The notes under the pieces are model-generated. The model saw only the letters and a program-made list of their open reading frames with translations. It was not told the origin of the DNA and made no database searches. A DNA stretch of 64,000 nt from Octopus sinensis (taxonomy: Eukaryota), in NCBI RefSeq assembly GCF_006345805.1, contig NC_043003.1:22196001-22260000 (forward strand). The letters are read 5' to 3'. Within the stretch, counting starts at the first letter, position 1. Each line of letters starts with the position of its first letter. The translations under genes and the position numbers were made by a program. This document shows, in pieces, positions 24,396 to 36,624 of the stretch.

Positions 24396-26859
24396 TTTAA
24401 TTCCACACTGTTTACAATTGTTGACACTGTCTCTGTCTGTGGCATGGCTACCGGTTGTGCTTAATTTTGCTATTCTTAAATTTAAAGAGCAACAAAATTA
24501 TAAAGAGTTAAATCTAGCCTCCTCCTTCTCTTCCTCCTCTCTCGAAAGCAATGAATCGGTCAGGTTGTTAGATGCTCTGCTGCTAGAAATAGTGACAAAT
24601 TCACTTAAATTATCTTAAATAATAATAATAATATATTTCTTTACTGCCCACAAGGGGATAAACACACAGGGGACAAACAAGAACAGATAAATGGATTAAG
24701 TCTATTATATCAACCCCAGTGCGTAACTGGTACTTATTTAATCGACCCCGAACGGATGAAAGGCAAAGTCGAAAGAATGAGCATGTCAAATGTTATATCC
24801 CTGGGCTGGATTGAGACTTGCAGAGGCCCTAAACACTTAAAAGGTTTAACAACAGGGTTAAATATCTCTCAAATAACATTTCAGTTCCTTCAGAGAAAAG
24901 GACATGTTTGAGAATATGGTTCTAGATGACATATTGTCTTTACATTAAAGACATGATGTCCATGGCTTGGGTGTCTTTGATAGTAGATTGTCATATGGGC
25001 TGATGTGGAGCTAAACATTTGTTGGTTCCAGTTGAATTTTAGATTCAACTCCATGTGGCTGACAGTTGGTTTTCCATCAATCACTGCGAAATGTTGCCAT
25101 TTTGAGATCCTTCTAATAAAGTAAATAGTCACCATTGGCATCATCATCATCATCGTTTTAATGTCTGCTTTTCCATGCTTGCATTGATTGGATGGACTTC
25201 ATTGAAGATTTTCCATGGCTAGCTGCCCTTCATGTTGGCAATCCTCACTTGTTTCCAAGCAAGGTAATATTTCTCCTTACGCAAAGGTGGCAAGCTGGCA
25301 GAAATGTTAGTGCGCCGGGCAAAATGCTTAGCGGTATTTTGTCTGTCTTTACATTCTGAGTTCAAATTCCGCCGAGGTTGATTTTTGCCTTTCATCCTTT
25401 CGTGGTAAATAAATTAAGTACCAGTTGCATACTGGGATCGATCTAATCGACTGCCCCCACCACCCGTAAAATTTTGGGCCTTGTGCCAAGTGTAAAGAAT
25501 ATTTTTCTTTCCACAGACATATTTTGCATGGAAAATAGAAAACTTTTTTTTATATGTGATGGTAATGCTTGTTTACAACTGTTGTGCAATGTTCAGGTGG
25601 GGAGACATAAACTACACACATGTTCACACACACACATACACACGCATGCATGTGTGCATGCATGTGCATATCCTCATTATCATTTAACATCTGTTCTCCA
25701 GGCTGGCATGGGTTGGATGGTTTGACAAGAGCTGGCAAGCCAGAGGGCTATGCCAAGTTCTGTTTATTTTGGCATGGATAATTTCTATTGTTGGATGCCC
25801 TTCCTAACTCACTCACACATATCTTTACAACTACACATGCCCACATACATTTCTTTCACTTTTCATATCCACTCACAGGGCTTTGGTTGTTTCAGTGCTC
25901 TACTAGAGGATATTTGCTCAAGATGCCCAGCTGTGGGATTGAACCCCATTACCTTGTGATTGTGAAGCAAACTTCTTAATTTTTATCCATGCTGCATCCA
26001 TACAATAGCAATACATATATTTCCTGTATATCTTTATATCAAGAATATATTCTGTGTATTTCATTTTTTTATGTTAGACTTATGTTATAACCCCAAGTAA
26101 TTCATAATTCTTTGTTGAGCACTTTCTGTGAGTTATACATTGCATAGATGAGATTTACTCCTTTCAATTCTTGCGGCCCTTATGGCTACATAACTAAACA
26201 ACGACTGTCATTTCCACCCTCATTACATCTGTTGTTGTTGTTTAATTCCAAGTTGTTGCTGATTGAGCAGATCTATTGTTAAAGATGCTCCAGCTGTGAC
26301 AAACTCCTTATTTTTTTTTATTTACTTGCATCATGTTAAAAACAAAATTGAAAATGAAAATTCAATGACCTACATATTGCATATAACACCTCTCAGTCTG
26401 TCCCACAACAGATGTCCTACATTTAGCCTAATGTGTTAAAATAGCTAAATTTGTCTCTTTTTCTATTTTTAAGACATTAATATATGATTTGAGGGAAATT
26501 TGGCTGACATTGCTAACAGGTTGAGTGACTGCATAGAGCAACCATTCTCAACAGTTGTATTTTTGGGGTGGGGGTGGGGGTCTATGACTCCCTTAGGAGC
26601 CTTTTTCATGTTTCCAGGGCCCCAAGTGAAACAGAGTTGAAAATTGATTCTACTGAGGAGCAGGCATGGCTTGTGGTTAAGAAGTTTGTTTTCTAGTTGC
26701 ATAATCTTGGGTTCAGTCCCACTGCACAGCACCCAGCTGACCAAAACTGAAGGAAGCCCATCGTGTGTGTAGGTGTGTGAGTGTAGGTGAGTGTCCTTGT
26801 CTGGGCGTCGTGTGTGAGTTGCAGATAGGTCATACAAATGGCAGTATTCATTCCCAAAT

Positions 26860-27093
26860 TAAGGCGATGAGCTGGCAGAATCGTTAGCACGCCGAGAGAA
26901 ATGCTTGGCTGTATTTCGTCTGTCTTTGTGTTCTGAGTTCAAATTTCGCTGAGGTCGACTTTGCCTTTCATCCTTTCGGGGTCGATAAATTAAGTACCAG
27001 TTACGCACTGGGGTCGATGTAATCAACTTAATACCTATGTCTGTCCTTGTTTGTCCCCTCTATGTTTAGCCCTTTGTGGGTAATAAAGAAATA
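26860..27093 (+). mobile_element. tRNA-derived SINE, family B (Meta/MESC-like central domain), full length
   Basis: Perfect 17-bp TSD AGTATTCATTCCCAAAT at 26843-26859 and 27094-27110. Central GCCTTTCATCCTTTCGGGGTCGATAAATTAAGTACCAG. The domain name is from memory. Confidence 0.95.
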
Positions 27094-27929
27094 AGTATTC
27101 ATTCCCAAATATTTCATTGAAGCCTGTCTGGCCTTGGAGAATATTACCTCACTTGGAAACGAGTAAGGCTTGGTGACAGGAAGGGCATCTGGCTGTTGAA
27201 AATCTGATCACTGTGTATACACACACACACATAAAATGGGTATGAGTGTGTGGACAAACCAAAGAAAATGGCACTTAACACATTTTTTAGAAGTTACATA
27301 TATTTGATTTGGTTCCATGCTACTTCACATTTTGCAGGCTCCTGTTAGGGGCATTCAAAACTTGAAGTAACAGGGAACTGAATCAGCCTGTTTTGAATAA
27401 TATATATGGTGTGTGTGTGTGTGTGTACATGCATATGTATATATGACAAGAAATAAATTTTGTTTCTTTGTATGGAAACAAAAGAAGATATATAGGACTG
27501 CAAAAAAGAAGTGTTCAAGTGAAATTGATACAGACACAGAAAATCATTGATTAGAGAACAAACATCAAATTTGGGCCAACATCTTTATATAACCCCATGC
27601 TTCTATACATTTCATCACATACAAATAATACCATGACCTTCAACAAATAAAAGAAATACTTATACCAGCACAGAAGGTAGTGGGTGTAACCAGCCCGCTT
27701 ATGAGTACCCCTCATTCATTGGACAATAAACCTTGCTTGTGAAGACCTATTGAGGCAAGTGAAATCAAAATTGCTGACGTGGCCGATGACAGTACCGCCT
27801 GATTGGTACTCGTGCCGGTGGAATGCTAAAAGCACATCCGAACGTGGTATTATTTGTATATGATGAAATGCATAGAAGCGTGGGGTTATATAAAGTCATT
27901 GGCCCGAATTTGATGTTCTCAAATCACTG

Positions 27930-27965
<36 letters not shown>

Positions 27966-27990
27966 CTCTGTGTATGTATGTGCATATGTA

Positions 27991-28185
27991 CCTGTCATAC
28001 AAGTGGTGTTATTCATTTCTAGTCTTCTATGAAAGTATGCCCTGCCTTTGGGAAAAATTGCCTTGCTTTGAAACAGGTGAAGGTTAGTGACAGCAGGGGC
28101 ATCCATCCATGCTAAATCTGCCTGAATAAACTCCATCTGACCCATGCAAGCATGGAAAAGTGGATGTTAAAACAATGACAATGAT
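27991..28185 (+). mobile_element. Second RTE-tailed retroposon family (F)
   Basis: AAACAGGTGAAGGTTAGTGACAGCAGGGGCATCC..GACCCATGCAAGCATGGAAAAGTGGATGTTAAA plus a GAT-type tail. Similar copies near 14590, 19930, 21470, 25150, 40440, 51040, 58540 and 61407-61635. Confidence 0.7.
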
Positions 28186-28440
28186 ATTGCCAATATTTTA
28201 CAATCTGGTTCAGTTTCACTGAGACAGATGTTGAAGGTCTCTTGATGTTTATTTATCTTATTTGACTTTTTTGTTTTGTAACGTGATTGTGCTACTCTGT
28301 GTATATGTGTGTGAACACGTATGTGAATGTGTGTAATTAGTTATCATTGTTTGTAATTATGTACTTGTAATTATTTGTGTGTGGTTGTGATCATGGTTGT
28401 GTTTGTGTACAGGTGTGTGTGTATATATATATATATATAT

Positions 28441-28473
<33 letters not shown>

Positions 28474-28569
28474 CCGTGTGATAATGTGTGTGTGTGTGTA
28501 TATACTTGTGATAATGTTTGTGTATACTATTTGCTACATTTTGATGAAATTTCTATTTCTTTATATTCC

Positions 28570-28610
28570 AGGTCATAACGACCCTCTGACAGTGAGGTCA
28601 CACTGACCTC
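28570..28610. promoter_or_regulatory. Perfect IR3 nuclear-receptor element (ERE consensus) plus an adjacent imperfect one
   Basis: GAGGTCA-CAC-TGACCTC at 28594-28610 and AGGTCA-TAA-CGACCC at 28570-28584. Function untested. Confidence 0.5.
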
Positions 28611-28921
28611 TGTTGTATTAAGGTGGGGTCGTTGCTGTCTGTTAACTGATACTTCTTTCTCTTTCTTTCTATCAGACCCCCTCCATGCTCTCCTCTTCTT
28701 TTGCTTGGAATCCTTTCTCGATAAGGAAACCTTTGTATGCCTTCATATGAAGTTATTAAATAAAGTATATTGTTCAGGTGTAGGAAAAAAGACATATATT
28801 ACATCATCATCATCATCATCGTATAACGTCCGTTTTCCGCGCTAGCACGGGTGTTTATGACAATGCCTCCGGAGTGTATTTAATAGATGGAAGTAGTGCA
28901 GAAGCCTATTGTGTGTTTGTG

Positions 28922-28959
<38 letters not shown>

Positions 28960-29416
28960 ATGTTATAGTGTTGTATTTATCTCTCACCACTTGACAACCT
29001 ATGTTGGTTTGTTTATGTCCATACACATATATTAAAAGTGAGTCGATGACTGGACACAGACTCAAATACGTTACTGCTCTATGCCTTAGAGTGTATTTCT
29101 TTTTCGGGTATATGATACATTGACAATACACAGGGTTGGCCAAAAGTCACCCGACAGTAAATCAAAACTAAATACCTAATATTCAATTTTATTTATTCAT
29201 TCCAATTATGAATGTTTAATTATTGAATGCTGTGAGTTAAAATCACTGTCTTTAACATTTGTGTATTTATTAGCAAAGTCTCATATAAAATAATTTTGTT
29301 TTAATCTTGGAATTAAATGGTTTTGAGGCCAGCCTCATATATATATAAGGCCGGCCATGATAGATCGCTAGCTACTACAAATTCTTTATTTTCTCTCCTT
29401 GTTTCTTTCTGTGTTC

Positions 29417-29452
29417 CTTTCTGTGGAAGAGCGTAGGCTCGAAACGTTAAAG
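29417..29452 (+). ncRNA. Penelope-type minimal hammerhead-like motif with variant core
   Basis: CTTT-CTGTGGA-A-GAGC(GTAG)GCTC-GAAAC-GTT-AAAG: stem I CUUU/AAAG, stem II GAGC/GCUC, palindromic AC/GU stem III. Core position 6 is U instead of A. Confidence 0.55.
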
Positions 29453-29653
29453 ACTTTTTCACTTCCCGATCGTTATACTAATACATCTGTTTGTTGTCTA
29501 CACCACCTGTCTTCGTCTTATGTTTTTTTGTGAATTCTCCTCCTAACATGTATGTATGTATGTATGTGTGTGTGTATATATATATATATATAATATTGGT
29601 TGCTGTTATGTTGATATATATTATTGATGCTATGTTATATTTATCTTTTGTGA

Positions 29654-29955
29654 AGGCACATGGTTTAGTGGTTAGGGTATTCGGCTCACGATTATAAGGT
29701 CAGGAGTTCAATTCCTGGTAACATGTGTCCTTGAACAAGACACTTTATTTCACGTTGCTCCAATCCACTCAGCTGCCAAAATGATTAGTACTTGTATTTC
29801 AAAAGGGCCAGCCTTCTCACATTGTGTGCCACGTTGAATCTCCCTGAGAACTATGTTAAGGGTACATGTGTGTGTGTGTGGAGTGCTCAGCCACATGCAC
29901 ATTTATTTCACGGGCAGGCTGTTCTGTTGATCAAATCAACTGGAATCCTCATCAT
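29654..29955 (+). mobile_element. tRNA-derived SINE with CORE-like central domain
   Basis: Head GGCACATGGTTTAGTGGTTAGG..GAGTTCAATTCC, then GTGTCCTTGAACAAGACACTTTATTTCACGTTGCTCCA, shared with 61681-61927 and 53915-54200. Confidence 0.75.
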
Positions 29956-30453
29956 CATAACTGACAGAGAGTCATATTTATCTTTTACTTGTTTCACTTA
30001 TTGCCATGCTGAGGTACTGCTCCCTTGAAGGGTTTAGTTGAAGAAGTCAATCCCAGTACTTTTTCTTATATAAGTCTGATATATATTCCCTCCTTTTACT
30101 TTTTGCTGAGCTGTTAAGTTGTGGGAAACACACACACACACTGCAGGCTTTTTTTAGTTTTTGTCAACCGAATCCACTCAGAGCACTTTGGTCAGCTTGA
30201 AGCTATAGTGGAAGACCTTTACCCAAGATATCACACTTCAGCAATGTGGTTGGGAAGCAAACTTCTTACTACACAGCCGCATGATTTATGTTCTTAAATA
30301 AATGCGTATGTACATATGTGTATGTACGTGTGTGTGTGTGTGTGTGTGTATATGTATGTATGCACATGCATATATTGCTGGCACTCCATGAGTTATGACG
30401 ATGAGGGTATTTGTATGTATGCGCATATGTATATATATGTGTGTGTGTGTGTG

Positions 30454-30626
30454 TGTGGCTGTGTGGTAAGTAGCTTGCTTACCAACCACATGGTTCCGGG
30501 TTCATGCTCACTGCGTAGCACCTTGGGCAAGTGTCTTCTACTATAGCCTCGGGCCGACCAAAGCCTTGTGAGTGGATTTGGTAGACAGAAACTGAAAGAA
30601 GCCCATCGTATATATGTATGTGTATG

Positions 30627-30659
<33 letters not shown>

Positions 30660-30858
30660 ATATGTTTGTGTGTCTGTGTTTGTCCCTCAACATTGCCTGA
30701 CAACTGATGGTGGTGTGTTGACTCCCCATAACTTAGCTGTTCAGCAAAAGAGACCAATAGAATAAGTACTAGGCTTCCAAAGAATAAGTCCTGGGGTTGA
30801 TTAGCTCGACTAAAGGTGGTGCTCCAACATGGCCACAGTCGACTGACAAGTAAAAGAG
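30454..30858 (+). mobile_element. SINE family A, near full length
   Basis: Family head through to the GTAAAAGAG tail. Confidence 0.93.
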
Positions 30859-31540
30859 TATATATATATAAATATATCATTATCGTTTAACGTCCGTTCT
30901 CCATGCTAGCATGGGTTGGACAGTTCGACCAGGGATCTGGGAAGCCAGAAGGCTGCACCAGGCTCCGGTCTTATCTGGCAATGTTTCTACAGCTGGATGC
31001 CCTTCCTAACGCCAACCACTCCGTGAGTGTAGTGGGTGCTTTTTACGTGCCACCTGCACTGGTGCCAGGCGAGGCTGGCATCGGCCACGGTCGGATTGGT
31101 GCATTTTATGTGCCACCTGCACGGAAGCCAGTCGAGGCGGCACTGGCTTCGGCCACGATTCGGATGGTGCTTTTTACGTGCCACCGACACGATATATATA
31201 TATAAATATATCATTATCGTTTAACGTCCGTTCTCCATGCTAGCATGGGTTGGACAGTTCGACCAGGGATCTGGGAAGCCAGAAGGCTGCACCAGGCTCC
31301 GGTCTTATCTGGCAATGTTTCTACAGCTGGATGCCCTTCCTAACGCCAACCACTCCGTGAGTGTAGTGGGTGCTTTTTACGTGCCACCTGCACTGGTGCC
31401 AGGCGAGGCTGGCATCGGCCACGGTCGGATTGGTGCATTTTATGTGCCACCTGCACGGAAGCCAGTCGAGGCGGCACTGGCTTCGGCCACGATTCGGATG
31501 GTGCTTTTTACGTGCCACCGACACGATATATATATATAAA
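30859..31540 (-). repeat. 334-bp tandem duplication of an RTE 3' UTR copy
   Basis: Units offset by 334 bp appear identical (ORF-track peptides at 30903 and 31237 are identical). Each unit is bounded by TATATATATATAAA. Confidence 0.95.
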
Positions 31541-32215
31541 ATCCACTTTGACTCCCTCATTCCCAGGATATCATAGAAATTCACATTGATTTGCCTATCA
31601 CATTCTTCACAGTCTACTCCACACAAGTATAACAACTACAAGAACAGTCTTGTTCTTCCTATTTTCCATTTCTCTCTTCTTCCTGGCAATACAATTTGTC
31701 AAGATTTCAGTGAAGCTCCTATGACTTCTAACTGTATGTGAATTCGTGTATGTAGTGTACGTGTGTGTGTGGTTGAATCAAGTTGCATAGTGTATCGTTG
31801 TGTGTACAGGTGTGAGGGTGGTGTGGTGTCTGTTGATGTGTAGGTATGATCTTTGTTCAGTTTCACTAAATTTCTTCATGCTAGTTAGATAGACAAACAA
31901 ACAACATATGTATAAGGGTGAGATTGTGTATCAAATTAGTTAATGTCAGTGCCATACTAATGTTGTACTTTAGAATGATATAAGATGCAGGATAGCAGGT
32001 GGTGGAATTGGTTAGCAGCCAAATTAAACACTCATGTGGTATTGAGTTAAATCTTGAGGTCAATTTCTGCTAGGGGTTGACTTTCCTTTCATCCTGGTAG
32101 GGTACAGCCATACACTTGGAGCTGATTCAATTGAAAATATCTCTCTGGGTCTGTACTGAAACCCTTCTCTTCCTGTCAGGTGTCAAATTCCGACACTGCC
32201 ACTATCATTGGTGGC

Positions 32216-32256
32216 ATGATGATGATGGGTAGATCTGAAGAGGGACTGCATACATG
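32216..32256 (+). CDS. Candidate coding part of exon 32180-32256, product unknown
   Basis: Acceptor cccttctcttcctgtcag|, donor ATG|gtgagt. One open frame: VSNSDTATIIGGMMMMGRSEEGLHT(W), ending in phase 2. Confidence 0.4.
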
Positions 32257-33401
32257 GTGAGTAGATGTATACGAGATGTAAGACAGAAGGGAACTTTGGT
32301 TAGATTCCTTACAGATATGGAAGATGGGTACAAATTATTTTGGGTAAATAACAGCGCTGGGATTATGATGGAGTATCTATATTGTTGGCTGAGAAATCAT
32401 TGCTGTTGTCATCTTCATCATCAATATTATCATCATCATCATCATCATTGCTCTAATGTTCATTTTCCATACTTGTGTGAATCAGATCAAATTTGTTGAG
32501 TATACAATCGTATTGTATAATGCTGAGCACAGCTATTAATACAAACACGTATGAATAATTTCCTGCATAATGAAATTAATGCTACATAAAGAAGGGTGCA
32601 AAATGGCCATAAATTTATGAAAATCACATGGTTAAATAAATGTATATTCACCTCTCATGCTTTCTGAATTTACGTTTATATATACTCCTCACAAAAATTT
32701 TATTGCTTGAATTTTCTTGAATGATCAGTGACCTGGGTACTTTACATTAAACTACTTTGTAATTTATTACCATGTGGACTGATAGCCGACTCCATACAAG
32801 GAGCTTTTCTGTGCTATCTACACAATTATGTAAACATACATGTATGTATACATATATTTTAAAGCAGAACATTCACCCCTAAATTATCTCTTATAAAAGA
32901 CAAGTTGCCTTGGGTCCTTAGCAGGTCTATTATGTTAGTAAATCTGCTTAACTTCTCTTAAAGTATCATTTGAAGCGTCTAGTGAACTTGGAGACAGAAA
33001 GAAAACATGTCATTTTATAAGTTATGTGTGTGAAAGATGGGTAAAAGCAGCAGTGGATTTAGTGAAGAGAAAAGAGCTGACCCTTCAGTTTACCTGGAGG
33101 CTGCTGATATTAAGAGAAAGCATGTACATGGAGTAGGTCATTGTAGGTGACAAATATCTGGCTTTTGACTTAAAGAATGCATGTTATGTATTTTGTTAAA
33201 TTTGAATAGGTATATGTATGTATATATGTATGTCTGTGTGTGTGTGTGTGTGTATATATATATTTATATATATATATATATATATGTACATGTATGTTTG
33301 AAAATATATACTACATGTATGTATATATATATATGTGCTTGCGTATGTGTGTGTATGTATGTATGTTTGTGTGTGTAAATATATATATATAGATACACAC
33401 A

Positions 33402-33614
33402 CGAGGTGGGGGACTGAAAATTTCCTGGTTCTAAGGGTATTGCAAAAGGCCTAGTTGGAGACCCAACTTTCTGACCCCTTTCACAGGGCTTAGAAAAACT
33501 GAGGGACTACTGCAGTGTGTAAATCTCAGGGGAATTATGTTGATTAAAGTCATAATTAACTGATCCTCCTGTATTTTCTTTTACCCAAAGCCAGGAACTA
33601 TTCAGCACCCCTTG
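33402..33614 (+). mobile_element. mariner-derived MITE
   Basis: TIR CGAGG..CTGAAAATTTCCTGG / CCAGGAACTATTCAGCACCCCTTG. Same family as 40046-40264. Confidence 0.85.
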
Positions 33615-33638
33615 TGTATGTATGTATGTATATATGTA

Positions 33639-33679
<41 letters not shown>

Positions 33680-33810
33680 GTGTGAAAATGGAGAGATTCA
33701 ATTTTATAATATTTCTTGAAGAAATATCTCTTCGAAATATAATATATTAAACCAGGATATCTTTGATAAGACTATCTCTATAAGAGTTTTAAATATCCTC
33801 ATAATGTATA

Positions 33811-34110
33811 GCACCGCCCCGTTTCGTGTCTGTTGCCAGCCTCGCCTGGCCCTCGTGCCGGTGGCACATAAAAAGCACCATCCGTTCGTGGCCGTTTGCC
33901 AGCTCTGTCTGGCACCAGTGCGGGTGGCACGTAAAAAGCACCCACTACACTCACGGAGTGGTTGGCGTTAGGAAGGGCATCCAGCCGTAGAAACACTGCC
34001 AGATTTGACTGGGCCTGATGAAGCCTTCTGGCTTCACAGACCCCAGTAGAACCGTCCAACCCATGCTAGCATGGAAAACGGACGCTAAATGATGATGATG
34101 ATGATGATGA
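33811..34110 (+). mobile_element. RTE LINE 3' UTR copy
   Basis: Two GTGCC-GGT-GGCAC modules, the AGGAAGGGCATCC motif and a (GAT)n tail. Confidence 0.85.
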
Positions 34111-34462
34111 ATGTATGGATGGTATCTGCAAGTCTGTGTGAGCATACTTTCTCTATCACGCACACACACACAATACATAGGTTATATATCGTATCTTAGG
34201 CTTCATTTGCACTTTGTGATGTTTTTCCACTCCAAAACTATTTATTATTGTAGGTTAATGGTTTGTTTTCATGCTTTCTTGAAGCAAAGTAGTCATCACT
34301 ATTCCCATAATAACAGGTTAGAGTGTTTGGCAATAAGCCTCACGATAATTACTCTCTTTTTATGTTCTGAGTTCAAGTCCTACCAAGGTAAACATCCTTT
34401 TGGGGTGAATAAAATAAAGCACCCTTTAATATTGCTGGCCTTGTACCAAGATTATTATTATT

Positions 34463-35902
34463 AAGGTGGCGAGCTGGCAAATTATTAGCATGCTGGACGA
34501 AATGCTTAATGGTATTTCGCCTGTTGCTACATTCTGAGTTCAAATTCCGCCTGACTTTGCCTTTCATCCTTTTGGAGTCGATAAAATTAGTACTAGTTGA
34601 AGACCGGAGTTGATGTAATTGACTCACCTCCTCCCCCAAAACTGCTGCCCTTGTGGCAGAATTTGAAATCATTATTATTATTATAAGGTGGTGAGCTGGC
34701 AGAATCGTTAACACACTGGACAAAATGCTTAACGGTATTTCGCTTGTTACTATGTTCTGAGTTCAAGTTCTGCCAAGGTCGACTTTGCCTTTCATACTTT
34801 TATGGTTGATAAATTAAGTACCAGTAAAATACTGGGGGTGATGTAATCGCCTGACCCCCTCCCTACAAATTTCAGGCCTTGTGCCTATAGTGGAAAAGAT
34901 TATTTCGTAGCAAACGGGCAGAATTGTTTGCATGCCAGGCAAAAGAAGGCATTTTAACTGTCTTCTGAGTTCAAATTCTGCCGAGGTTGACTTTGCCTTT
35001 TGTCCTTTTCGGGTCGATAAATTAAGTATCAGTAACACTGGAGTTGATGTAATCAACTACCCCACCCCCTTCCCCAAAATTTCAGGTTTTGTACCTATAG
35101 TAGAAAGGATTATTATTATTAATTATTAAGGCAGTGAGATCTCTAGAGATATGCTGTGACTGCAAAGACCCGATAAATAATGTGAGTTCATGGCTGTTTC
35201 CTGCACCAGTTTCACATAGCCCCAGCCCATCCAAAGTACCTTGGATTGCAGAACGACCTGCTGTGCTTACCTTGGATCGTAGGGTGACCTGCTGTGCTTG
35301 AGGAGACTTATTGAGTCAAGTACATCAACATCGAAATAAATATTAAATGGAAATTGTAGTCGTGATACCTGTGCCGGTGGCACGTAAAAAGCACCATCTG
35401 AACGTGGTCAATGCCAGCGCCGCCTTGACTGGCTTCTGTGCTGGTGACACGTAAAAAGCGCCAACCGATCATGGCCGCTGTCAGCCTCTCCAGGCACCTG
35501 CACTGGTGGCACGTAAAAAGCACTCACTACACTCACAGAGTGGTTGGCGTTAGGAAGGGCATCCAGCTGTAGAAACACTGCCAGATCAGACTGGAGCCTG
35601 GCGCAGCCTCTTGGCTTCCCAGAACCCAGTCGAGCCGTTCAACCCGTGCTAGCATGGAAAACGGATGTTAAACAATGATGATGATGAGTTAGAAGAATTG
35701 TTAATATACTGGGTGAAATGCTTAGTCACATTTTGTCCTTACGTTCTGAGTTCAAATTCCATTGATGTTAACTTTGTCTTTCATTCTTCTGGGATTGATG
35801 AAATAAGTACCAGTTAAACACTGGGATCAATGTGTAATTGACTAGCCCCTTTCTCCCCCAAATGTCAGGCCTTGTGGCTATAGTAGAAAGAGCTATTATT
35901 AT
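34463..35902 (+). mobile_element. Head-to-tail array of four SINE family B (B2 tail) copies; the last is interrupted by an RTE 3' end
   Basis: Heads at 34463, 34685, about 34905 and 35128, each following an (ATT)n tail. The fourth resumes at about 35690. Confidence 0.85.
35135..35689 (+). mobile_element. RTE LINE 3' end (last codons plus full 3' UTR)
   Basis: Begins RDL*RYAVTAKTR*. Three modules at 35371, 35438 and about 35499; (GAT)n tail. Confidence 0.85.
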
Positions 35903-36584
35903 AGTGAAATTTTTCATAAACAAAATATGCTGTGCCTTACTTTCTGGATTAGCTACTGAAAATTCATGCCCCACTCCCACCAGCTTAAGGTACATAAAAT
36001 GAACAGTTTCAAAGCTTCACCTGACCTTCACCTGTTTGATGCAGTGTGATGTAGGCGGAGATGTGCGTGTGTGGGGGGAACTATGATGAGATACTCAGGT
36101 GTTTCTTACCTTCCGTTTTGTTTGTCTAAATAACTCCCCACCTCATTATGCCCCTTTCAACAAAAATTACTCCGTTCAGGTTCCATGGTTTGCTTAAGTT
36201 TCAGGTTTAGGTTGGCGTTTGTTAGTGTGTAGAGCCTTGCAAAGGATATCGTTGTTACTGTGTGTATGTATGAGACAGAGATTGTGGTCACGTTTGTGGT
36301 GTTTGTGTGTATGCATGTGTGGGTATATGGGTACCTAGAAAATGTTAAACCAACCATATATGACTGGAAGGAGTGTTTAATAATACTTATATATTATTGT
36401 ATTTAATATATATATATATATATATATTTAATATATATATACATATATATATGTATGCATATATGTGCTATTGTATTTAACATATGTATACACATACACA
36501 CACACACACAATGTTTAACCAACCATGTATGACTGGAAGGTGTGTTTTTTATATATGAATACTAATATATTGTGTACATTATAA

Positions 36585-36585
36585 A

Positions 36586-36624
<39 letters not shown>

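Noticed and set aside
30903-31539. Duplicated 100-aa ORFs suggesting a tandem gene pair
   Set aside because: Antisense reading of the duplicated RTE 3' UTR.
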